Of a stretch of 64,000 nucleotides of DNA, positions 1 through 7,388 are shown one piece after another. The position numbers and the translations under genes were made by a program. The DNA comes from Patescibacteria group bacterium (lineage in GTDB: Bacteria; Patescibacteriota; Minisyncoccia; Minisyncoccales; GWA2-38-27), in assembly GCA_020148045.1 (NCBI GenBank), contig JAHCRG010000006.1, forward strand, positions 9,909-73,908. Reading direction: 5' to 3'. The number at the start of each line of letters is the position of its first letter. Positions within the stretch are counted from its first letter, which is position 1. The notes under the pieces were generated by a model. That model was not told the DNA's origin and searched no databases. It was given only the letters and a program-made list of their open reading frames with translations.

Positions 1-2523
1 AAAAATCTAAAATCAGAGTTAGTGATATTCCCAGGCGTAGAAGTAATTTCTACAGAAGGAATTCATATGTTAGTGGTTTTTGATAAGGATAAGTATATTA
101 AAAAAGATCAGATTAAAAACTGGAGTGATTATATTTCAGACTTTCTTGCTAGAATTAAAGTTCCGATAAAAAGATTTAAAAATAAGCAACCTCAAAAATC
201 TGACATGAAAGCGATTGAAATATTAGAAGAAACGAATAAATATTTTGGGTTGGTAATTTTTCCCCATGCGTTGAGCGATCAAGGAGTTGTGAATGAGTTA
301 CGAAAAGATACCCTTTTAGGGTATGCAACCGCTCAAACAAAACAACAAATTTATACCCATCGCTTAGCGGGAGTTTTAGAAATACCAGATAAAATCGAGA
401 ATTTACCAAAAGGATATTCAGGAATTGTATCAGGTAAAGATAAAAATTACAAATATAAAAAAGTTGCCTGTATAAATTGCTCCGATGCAAGGAGCTTTTC
501 GAAAGTAGGAATTAGTGGAAGTTATACATGGGTCAAGGCAATACCCACCCTTGAGGGCTTAAAACAGATTATTTATGAACCAGAGGAAAGAGTTCATATA
601 GGATTAAAAGACCCTAGAAAATTTAACTATCCCATTCTGTTTAAACTTAAAATTGATAATTGCTCTAAATCCTTTTTCTTTGGAAAAGGATTGGAAGTAA
701 ATCTTAATCCTCATTTCGTCACTATTATTGGAGGTAGGGGAAGCGGGAAATCTGCGTTTCTGGATACGCTTGTTTTATCATTAAATAGAAGTGAGGTTTT
801 AAATAGAGATAATTACATCAATAATTATTTAAAGAAAAAAGAAAGTCTTATTATTAAAGCGGATATTCTTAGTTCAAGTGATGGGACCGAAAAATCACTT
901 TCTTTCAGGAGCCTTAGTAGTGATGAAATTATTAAAGAGTTCCCTTTTGAATATTATCCCCAAAAAGAGATAGGAAAACTAGCTGATCCAAGAAGTAAAA
1001 CAGATTTAAGCAAGCTTATTTTCCAAAAAATCTTTGAGAAAAAAGCCAAGGAGGAGATAAAATTGATTAGAAAATATAATGACGATACACTTTCAGATTT
1101 AGGAGAGAATCGAGAACAAATTCAGAAAATTGAAAGAATTTTAAAAGATGAAGAGATTCTTAAGAAAAATTTGGAAGAAAGTAAAAAACAAATTGAATTT
1201 CTTCAAGATAAGAAAATCGAAACCCTTCTAGAAAAGAGAAAAAATTTTATTCAGATTCAAAACCAATATAAAGAAATAAAAGAAAAAATTAGTGATGAAA
1301 TTAAAATAATAAAAGAAAATCTAGAAGTATTTCAAAAAAATCATTTTGATTATTTATTTTTTCAAACCGAGGGGAATAAGAATTTTTTACCTAAAAAGTG
1401 GATTCAATTTGAAAAGTCTCGTTTACCTCAATTACTAAAAAATATATTCGATGGAAAAGAAAAATTATTTACCGGTTTGGAGATATTACTTCAGGAGATT
1501 GAAAAATATATTAAATATTTCGACCTAGAAAAAGAAATCAAAGAAATTAGTAGAGAAATCCAGAAAGTAGTCAAAACAAAAAGTCTCTCATATTCTGACA
1601 AAGGAGTAGAAGATTTACAGAAAAAAATCTCTGATGTTGAAACTAAGCTTAAAAAAATTGAAGAATTGAAATCCCGAAAACAAGAACTGATAAAAGAAAG
1701 AAAGAAAATTAGGGAAAATTATTTTTTACACCTTAAGGAGATCAGAAAGAAACTAGAAGATGTTTTCGGTAGTTTCTGTAATAATGAAGGTAAAATTTTA
1801 AATGAGCGCATTCGGATAGGCTTCTTTTTAAGTACAAAAAACAAAGAATGTATAAAAATGATTGAGAAAAATCACATAGTAGAGGATTCATTTCGTGGAT
1901 ATTTTCCACGGGAAATATTATTGTGGGTGATGGAAAATAAGGGATTAAATAAAGTAATTGAAGCATTCCGCGAAGGGAGCTTTGATTCGTGGCGGAAATG
2001 GAAAAAGATAGGACCGCAAAAAGTTAGTTATTTAAATAATATCATAAACAAAGAGGGAATTGCTATGAGATTAGAAGAAATATTACCTACCCTTTCATCT
2101 GGCTTAAAATGGCGAGTTGCTAAAAATTATAAACCATTATCCGAATGCTCGATTGGAGAAAGAAGTACGGCTGTATTAAGTATTATATTAGTATCAGGAG
2201 AAACTCCTCTTATAATTGATCAGCCAGAAGATGATTTAGATCACTCATATATATTTAAACCCCTTGCCGATATTATTAAACATGTAAAAAAGAAGAGGCA
2301 GTTAATTTTTGCTAGTCATAATGCAAACATTGTAATAAATGGAGATGCTGAGCAGATTTTAATTATGGAAGCAGAGGGCGGGAAGCACGGTAAGATTACG
2401 ATTTCCACGATCGAGGATATAGAAAAAAGAAATAAATTACTTTCTATTTTAGAGGGAGGAAGAGACGCTTTTGATAAAAGGGAGAAAAAATATGGCCCCG
2501 CAAACTCTCAATCAAAAAATTAA
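1..2523 (+). CDS. PHP-like phosphoesterase fused to ABC/SMC-RecF-SbcC-like ATPase; 5' end cut by window edge
   Basis: Frame is open from nt 1 (KNLKSEL precedes the tracked GTG at 22). N-terminal GVEVISTEGIHMLVVF looks like a PHP strand-His motif. Walker A GGRGSGKS, a roughly 400-aa K/E-rich coiled coil, signature-like CSIGERS, Walker B PLIIDQPEDDLD and H-loop FASHNAN are present. Confidence 0.7.
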   Translation, partial: KNLKSELVIFPGVEVISTEGIHMLVVFDKDKYIKKDQIKNWSDYISDFLARIKVPIKRFKNKQPQKSDMKAIEILEETNKYFGLVIFPHALSDQGVVNELRKDTLLGYATAQTKQQIYTHRLAGVLEIPDKIENLPKGYSGIVSGKDKNYKYKKVACINCSDARSFSKVGISGSYTWVKAIPTLEGLKQIIYEPEERVHIGLKDPRKFNYPILFKLKIDNCSKSFFFGKGLEVNLNPHFVTIIGGRGSGKSAFLDTLVLSLNRSEVLNRDNYINNYLKKKESLIIKADILSSSDGTEKSLSFRSLSSDEIIKEFPFEYYPQKEIGKLADPRSKTDLSKLIFQKIFEKKAKEEIKLIRKYNDDTLSDLGENREQIQKIERILKDEEILKKNLEESKKQIEFLQDKKIETLLEKRKNFIQIQNQYKEIKEKISDEIKIIKENLEVFQKNHFDYLFFQTEGNKNFLPKKWIQFEKSRLPQLLKNIFDGKEKLFTGLEILLQEIEKYIKYFDLEKEIKEISREIQKVVKTKSLSYSDKGVEDLQKKISDVETKLKKIEELKSRKQELIKERKKIRENYFLHLKEIRKKLEDVFGSFCNNEGKILNERIRIGFFLSTKNKECIKMIEKNHIVEDSFRGYFPREILLWVMENKGLNKVIEAFREGSFDSWRKWKKIGPQKVSYLNNIINKEGIAMRLEEILPTLSSGLKWRVAKNYKPLSECSIGERSTAVLSIILVSGETPLIIDQPEDDLDHSYIFKPLADIIKHVKKKRQLIFASHNANIVINGDAEQILIMEAEGGKHGKITISTIEDIEKRNKLLSILEGGRDAFDKREKKYGPANSQSKN

Positions 2524-2527
2524 TTGA
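2509..2527 (+). repeat. A-rich junction motif, copy A (caatcaaaaaattaattga)
   Basis: Shares the core atcaaaaaatt with copies C, D and E. It supplies the last codons (SKN) and stop of the upstream ORF. Confidence 0.8.
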
Positions 2528-2565
2528 CCCATCACTACCAAAAGTTTTCAACTTTGATGTGAGAG
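2527..2565 (+). repeat. REP-like imperfect palindrome R1
   Basis: Arms are cccatcactacca and gatgtgagag. It belongs to the same arm family as 5838-5879, 7710-7746 and 31997-32025, and is the most degenerate copy. Confidence 0.7.
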
Positions 2566-2579
2566 CAAGGAAATAAAAT

Positions 2580-2954
2580 ATGAATGGATATTTTTGTAAA
2601 GAATGTAATCATAGAAAATGGCTTTATGAATGGTTAAAAATCAATTTTTGTTTCTATTGCAAGAAAAAAACACCAAATAATGTTAATATTACTGTTTCTG
2701 ATAAAGTATCGATTAAAGATAATGTAAGGATAAAAATTAAAAGAAAAGGGTTTAAGAAATTTGTAATAGAAACTATAAGCGGATGGTTTAGCAGTGTGAA
2801 TCCAAGATTAAATAAAGGAGTTAATATCACTCGGACTATCGACAAGGAAAAAAAATGGTATGATCACGTCGTGAAAGATGCAAATACCGGGGAAATTATT
2901 CATGAAGAACATGAACCATTGGATGAACATAAAAGCAAAAAGTCAAAGAATTAA
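2580..2954 (+). CDS. small Zn-ribbon protein, unknown function
   Basis: Two Cys pairs (CKECNH and CFYCKKK) sit at the N-terminus. The protein is basic and ends in KSKKSKN, encoded by junction motif copy B. Confidence 0.5.
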   Translation: MNGYFCKECNHRKWLYEWLKINFCFYCKKKTPNNVNITVSDKVSIKDNVRIKIKRKGFKKFVIETISGWFSSVNPRLNKGVNITRTIDKEKKWYDHVVKDANTGEIIHEEHEPLDEHKSKKSKN

Positions 2955-2958
2955 TTGA
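2935..2958 (+). repeat. A-rich junction motif, copy B (degenerate)
   Basis: The sequence is aaaaagtcaaagaattaattgag. It shares aattaattga with copy A and gaaataaaa with the sequence after copy D. Confidence 0.6.
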
Positions 2959-2969
2959 GAAATAAAATT

Positions 2970-3575
2970 ATGATGAACGACATTTTAGAACAAGTCGTAG
3001 AAGATTATTTTAGAAGCAAGGGATATTTTACTCAACATAATGTTAAATATAGGCCTAATAAAGTGGGTCCACAGTATACGGTTTATTCTGATGTGGATGT
3101 CGTTGGTGTGCATCCTAAAAAGAGAGGTAGGGAAAGAGTCGTTGTAGTGAATTGCAAAAGTTGGCAGGTGGGACTTAATATAGATAAAACTTTAAAAACA
3201 CTCGATAAAAATCCTAATAAAAAAATTGCTGGAAAAGAACAATGGAAAAAATTTAGAGAAATAAGTAATAAAGTTTGGGCAGAAGCCCTTAAGAAGAAAA
3301 TATTTAATATAACTGGCCAAAAGAGCTTTAAATTTTATTTAGCAGTTACTAAATATAAAGGGAATAAAGATAGCTGGGAAAAATTTCCTTTATTTAAAAA
3401 AAATCTGATAGGCTGTGATATTGAAGTTATTGATATAAAAGCCATGCTTTTGGATACTTACAAATCAATAGGACGCACTCCGCTACACAGCGAATTAGGC
3501 CGTTTGTTGCAATTAATAAAGGCTAGTGGTGGTAAAATAGAATATATAGAAAAGAATAAAAAATCAAAAAATTGA
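2970..3575 (+). CDS. PD-(D/E)xK-like (restriction-endonuclease fold) protein, unknown function
   Basis: YSDVDVVGV followed by VVVVNCKSW fits a D...(E/N)xK nuclease-core pattern. ATG at 2970 is preferred over the tracked TTG at 2955. The C-terminus is KNKKSKN. Confidence 0.45.
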   Translation: MMNDILEQVVEDYFRSKGYFTQHNVKYRPNKVGPQYTVYSDVDVVGVHPKKRGRERVVVVNCKSWQVGLNIDKTLKTLDKNPNKKIAGKEQWKKFREISNKVWAEALKKKIFNITGQKSFKFYLAVTKYKGNKDSWEKFPLFKKNLIGCDIEVIDIKAMLLDTYKSIGRTPLHSELGRLLQLIKASGGKIEYIEKNKKSKN

Positions 3576-3578
3576 TTA
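3558..3578 (+). repeat. A-rich junction motif, copy C (aaaaaatcaaaaaattgatta)
   Basis: It is 21/21 identical to copy E and contains the palindrome AATCAA-AAAA-TTGATT. Confidence 0.9.
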
Positions 3579-3580
3579 GG

Positions 3581-4156
3581 ATGAAAATCATATTTATAAC
3601 TACAAATAAACATAAGTTTGAAGAAGTGCAGGGTATTTTAAAAGATTATCCTATTGAGTTGGAACAGTTGTCTATGGAGTACGAAGAAAATCATGATTCT
3701 AGAATGGAAGAGATTGCAACAAGTGCAGCAAGAAAACTTGCAGCAGAACTTAATAAACCACTAATATTAGAAGATACGGGTTTGTTCTTTGAGGCTTATG
3801 AGGGTTTTCCAGGAGCACTTCCTAAATTTGTTTTTAACGCTTTAGGATATAAGGGGATATTTAAGTTACTTCAAGGTGAGTCAAGAAAGGCATATTTTAA
3901 AACAGTAGCTGCTTATTGTGAGCCAAATAAAGAGCCTGTTTTATTTGACGGGATTGTGAGGGGGGATATTACTAATAAAGTATATAATAAAGATAAAGAC
4001 GCAATGCCATATGATAGAATTTTTATTCCACAAGGTGTGTCCAAAACAATTTCTGATATGACGTTAGAAGAAAAGAACGCACTTTCTCAAAGAGCAGAAG
4101 CATTTAAAAAATTCGGGGATTATATTGTAAACAAAAATAAAAAATCAAAAAATTAA
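3581..4156 (+). CDS. rdgB: RdgB/HAM1-family non-canonical purine NTP pyrophosphatase (dITP/XTPase)
   Basis: Motifs FITTNKHKFEE, EDTGLFFEA and MPYDRIFIP (FGYDPIF-like) are present at about 190 aa. ATG at 3581 is preferred. The C-terminus is NKNKKSKN. Confidence 0.85.
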   Translation: MKIIFITTNKHKFEEVQGILKDYPIELEQLSMEYEENHDSRMEEIATSAARKLAAELNKPLILEDTGLFFEAYEGFPGALPKFVFNALGYKGIFKLLQGESRKAYFKTVAAYCEPNKEPVLFDGIVRGDITNKVYNKDKDAMPYDRIFIPQGVSKTISDMTLEEKNALSQRAEAFKKFGDYIVNKNKKSKN

Positions 4157-4159
4157 TTA
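4139..4159 (+). repeat. A-rich junction motif, copy D (aaaaaatcaaaaaattaatta)
   Basis: It matches copies C and E at 20/21 positions. Confidence 0.9.
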
Positions 4160-4209
4160 AGAAATAAAAGGTCGGAAAGGTTAATAATTAATTAAATTAT
4201 TTTAAGAAT

Positions 4210-5010
4210 ATGACAAACACAATCTTAATAATTTTAGGAATAATTATCTTCATTATTTTGATTTCTATCAAGCAAATTAATCAGTATCAAAAAGGAGTAA
4301 AGTTTATGCTGGGTAAGTATATTGGTTTGATGAATCCGGGATGGAGATTGGTTTTCCCTATTATTCAGACCTATAGAAAAGTAGATTTAAGAGTAAAAGC
4401 AGTAGATGTACCAAGTCAGGAAGCAATAACTAAGGATAATATTTCAGTGAGCGTTAATGCTGTTATTTATTATAAGGTTCGAAGTGCTGATAAGGCAGTT
4501 TTAGAGGTAGAAAACTTTAATTATGCTATTTCTCAGTTGGCTCAGACAACAATGCGAAATGCTGTAGGTCAGGTGGATTTAGATGAACTTCTTTCCCAGA
4601 GAGACAGGGTTTCGGAAAACATAAGAACTATTGTAGATAAAGCCACTGATCCATGGGGAATTGAAGTTATCAATGTTGAGTTGAAAGATATAACTTTGCC
4701 GGAAGAAATGAAAAGAGTTATTGGCAAACAGGCAGAGGCAGAAAGAGAAAAAAGAGCAATAATTATTAAAGCTCAAGGAGAGGTGATTGCTGCTGACAAC
4801 ATGGCTAAAGCTGCTCAGATTTTGTCAGAATCAAAAGGAGCCCTGCATTTAAGGACTCTTCAGTCAGTTAATGATATAAGTTCTGACCAGTCAAATACTA
4901 TTGTTTTTGCAGTGCCTCTGGAAGTTTTAAGGGCTTTTGAAGCATTTGGTAAAAAATTACCAAAAGAAAACAAGAATGAGGAAGATAATAGCCCTCAATC
5001 TCAACTTTGA
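4210..5010 (+). CDS. SPFH/Band-7 (stomatin-like) membrane protein
   Basis: An N-terminal TM helix is followed by typical Band-7 sequence (VDLRVKAVDVPSQEAITKDNISV ... AEAEREKRAIIIKAQGE). Confidence 0.9.
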   Translation: MTNTILIILGIIIFIILISIKQINQYQKGVKFMLGKYIGLMNPGWRLVFPIIQTYRKVDLRVKAVDVPSQEAITKDNISVSVNAVIYYKVRSADKAVLEVENFNYAISQLAQTTMRNAVGQVDLDELLSQRDRVSENIRTIVDKATDPWGIEVINVELKDITLPEEMKRVIGKQAEAEREKRAIIIKAQGEVIAADNMAKAAQILSESKGALHLRTLQSVNDISSDQSNTIVFAVPLEVLRAFEAFGKKLPKENKNEEDNSPQSQL

Positions 5011-5030
5011 TTTTTTGGTAGAATGAAATA

Positions 5031-5789
5031 ATGAAAGAAGAAACTAAAAAACAATTAAAAGTTTATACAATTTTAGTTATTATTTTGGCTGCGGCGGCAG
5101 CGTTAAGTGTTTTTTTTCTTGGTTCTATTCAAGTTGGCGGGCAGGAGATTCCGATGGAAATAGAAATACCGCTATATTTAGGTGCTTTGGCTAATTTTGG
5201 AATGATGTTAATAGGTTATGGCTTAGTTGGGTTATTGGGTTATTATTTATCAAAGAAATTAGGATGGCCTGGTATTTTTAATGAAAGAGAAAACTGGAAA
5301 AGGTTATTTTTAAGACCATTATATCTTGGTGTAATAGCAGGGATTATTTTAATTATTGCTCAGAAAGTATTTGTTTTATTTCATAATTTAGGAGAATTGC
5401 CTCATCCAGCTTTTCCTCTTTCTTTTTTTGCTTCTATTACAGCAGGAATAGGAGAGGAATTAATGTTTAGATTATTTTTATTATCTTTTTGGGCTTTTAT
5501 TCTTCATTTGCTATTTAAGAGGTTTAAGAAACAAAACATAACAAACTGGATAGCTGTTATCATTGCTGCTTTAGTTTTTGGGGCTGTACACTTTCCAACT
5601 GCAATGATTCTTTATGGATTTACCTCACTTAGCCAGTTTCCAATTATTTTTATAGTTGAAATATTATTATTAAATGGAATTGTTGGCGTGGTAGCAGGCA
5701 GAGAGTTTATTAAATATGGCTTTATAGCAGCTGTTGGTATTCATTTCTGGGTAGACATTGTTTGGCACGTTATGTATGGATTATTTTAG
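5031..5789 (+). CDS. CPBP (CAAX/Abi) family intramembrane glutamic endopeptidase
   Basis: The protein is polytopic and carries the motifs EELMFRLFLL, FGAVHF and HFWVD. Confidence 0.85.
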   Translation: MKEETKKQLKVYTILVIILAAAAALSVFFLGSIQVGGQEIPMEIEIPLYLGALANFGMMLIGYGLVGLLGYYLSKKLGWPGIFNERENWKRLFLRPLYLGVIAGIILIIAQKVFVLFHNLGELPHPAFPLSFFASITAGIGEELMFRLFLLSFWAFILHLLFKRFKKQNITNWIAVIIAALVFGAVHFPTAMILYGFTSLSQFPIIFIVEILLLNGIVGVVAGREFIKYGFIAAVGIHFWVDIVWHVMYGLF

Positions 5790-5816
5790 AAAAAATAGTG
5801 TCAACTCTATTTTTAT

Positions 5817-5837
5817 AAAAAATCAAAAAATTGATTA
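5817..5837 (+). repeat. A-rich junction motif, copy E (non-coding position)
   Basis: It is identical to copy C. It lies 28 nt after the CPBP stop and directly abuts palindrome R2. Confidence 0.9.
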
Positions 5838-5879
5838 ACCCATCACTACCAGAAATCCTACGGATTTTGGTGTGAGGGT
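5838..5879 (+). repeat. REP-like imperfect palindrome R2
   Basis: The sequence acccatcactaccagaaatcctacggattttggtgtgagggt folds as a long hairpin. It has three single-nt bulges (A, T, G) on the 5' arm and a TAC triloop. Confidence 0.9.
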
Positions 5880-5887
5880 AAAAATTT

Positions 5888-6169
5888 ATGGAGAAGATAA
5901 ATAAAAAACAATTTACAGAGGAAGAGGCGAAGAGGATTGGTGAGGAGTTGGGGATTGATTGGAGCAAGTTTGACGTGGAGCAGTTTCGGATGGGATTAGA
6001 TGTGGAGCTGGAGCATGGAACAGTAGATCCAAAGACAAATGTTACTGACGATGATGAAATAATGACTGGCAAGATTGCTCTTGCTCACTTGAATGAATTT
6101 TCAGATTACTACACACGGCTTGAAAAGATGGAAAAAGAGGCAGAAGAATATTGGGAAGGGCTGAAGTAA
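5888..6169 (+). CDS. small acidic conserved hypothetical protein (possibly DUF5661-like)
   Basis: A 93-aa ORF with the motifs LEHGTVDPKTNVT and KIALAHLNEFSDYY. The family name is from memory and unverified. Confidence 0.45.
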   Translation: MEKINKKQFTEEEAKRIGEELGIDWSKFDVEQFRMGLDVELEHGTVDPKTNVTDDDEIMTGKIALAHLNEFSDYYTRLEKMEKEAEEYWEGLK

Positions 6170-6197
6170 AAAATCGCCCTCCGGGCGATTTTTTTGG
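6168..6197 (+). terminator. intrinsic terminator (AAAATCGCC family)
   Basis: The stem aatcgccc/gggcgatt is followed by a T-run. Confidence 0.8.
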
Positions 6198-6461
6198 TGG
6201 AGCGAAGAACTGATATTTTGCAAATCCGAGCATTTCGCTCGGCTTTTTATAAATTGACCCGGCATTATACCTACAATTCTCTTGACAAAGTCCTATCATG
6301 TTATATAACTTTAAGATAGAGTAAAGATAAGAAGAAATTATCTTAATTCAAAGCAATTTAAAAACTTAAAAGGAGATTATAGTGGATAGAAAAATTTGAT
6401 GTGATGTTAGACAGTTTTTAAGATTAGAGTGTTTTTGGTTTTAGACAGAAAGGAGAAAAGA

Positions 6462-7235
6462 ATGAACACAAAACCCAAAACCCTGTTATTTGTGTTTGTT
6501 GCGGCGGGGATGATTTTGTATGGCGGGTGTGCCGTGAGTGCTCCCCTTGTCGAAAAAGAGCCAAAAGAAGGCGTCTATTCGGCAGTAGAGGCAAGGCTCG
6601 TTATGGATCTCGTCTACTATAAGGCCGACCTGGGAAAGAAGATTACGACCACCCCTGTCCATTCAAGTGATTCCGGTTTTTTGTCAGGCGAAACTACAAC
6701 AAAACCTGGCGGGGGAACCACCTTTGCACCCGGTCTGGGTCTGTTCGGCTCAATCGGGACCGAGAACTTGAGGGTTATTGGCGGTATTTCTAGTAGGTGG
6801 AATACGCTGCACCATGAAGACGGCTACCGGGAAGGATTTCACAGCACAAAGCAGCAGGTTTCCGACATCAGGCCGCCATCCAGGGGCTCTTTCGTCTTTA
6901 CCCAACTGGTGCCTGGTACTTTTACCTTCATTCCTTCTGTGGGTCTTGAAGGTAAAATCAGGGAAAATCTTACGATAGGAGCAACTGTGGGCTTTCCTTA
7001 TATGGAATGGACAGCCCGATCAGGCCATGACAGATGGGGCTCTTGGGAAACCGTCCAGGATGACTCCTGGAAGGGTTTCGGTACAAGGTATACCGGAACT
7101 CTTGGCTGGGACTTGAATGATAGCGACAAGATCTTCCTTGGCGTTTTCTGGGAGGAATACCGGCCCGAGTTTGCCGGCGAGGGGGCCGAGATATCTGGTA
7201 TAGGTGGCTTATTTGGTTTTATTCGTAGATGGTGA
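6462..7235 (+). CDS. GC-rich putative lipoprotein, beta-rich with aromatic C-terminus
   Basis: An RBS (aaaggagaaaag) precedes ATG 6462. The signal peptide has a lipobox-like LYGGC. The protein is G/T/S-rich and ends FGFIRRW. One counted line gave about 50% GC. Confidence 0.5.
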   Translation: MNTKPKTLLFVFVAAGMILYGGCAVSAPLVEKEPKEGVYSAVEARLVMDLVYYKADLGKKITTTPVHSSDSGFLSGETTTKPGGGTTFAPGLGLFGSIGTENLRVIGGISSRWNTLHHEDGYREGFHSTKQQVSDIRPPSRGSFVFTQLVPGTFTFIPSVGLEGKIRENLTIGATVGFPYMEWTARSGHDRWGSWETVQDDSWKGFGTRYTGTLGWDLNDSDKIFLGVFWEEYRPEFAGEGAEISGIGGLFGFIRRW

Positions 7236-7354
7236 AGCTACAATCGTCGCCCAGTATGTTTGGGACACATTTTGCGTAAAAAGGGCTGAAGTTTATTCAG
7301 CCCTCTTTTATTTGGGCGTTTTTTGACAATTACAGGGAGGCGCAGCGTAAGCCC

Positions 7355-7383
7355 TTGACAGGTTATTTTAATTGCGCTATATT
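7355..7383 (+). promoter_or_regulatory. sigma70-type promoter
   Basis: TTGACA (7355-7360), a 17-nt spacer, then TATATT (7378-7383). Confidence 0.6.
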
Positions 7384-7388
7384 GCTCA

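Noticed and set aside
22-24. The GTG at 22 as the true start of the first gene.
   Set aside because: The reading frame is open to nt 1, and the PHP-like domain is incomplete at its N-terminus. The gene is truncated by the window edge.
2509-5879. Integron-like cassette array with attC sites. The basis was junction repeats at gene ends plus bulged hairpins R1/R2, and GATTAAC resembling the RYYYAAC core.
   Set aside because: No IntI-type integrase is present and there is no GTTRRRY core at the 3' side. Only two of five junctions carry a hairpin. The hairpins are shorter than typical attC sites, and other copies of the hairpin family occur in the opposite orientation.
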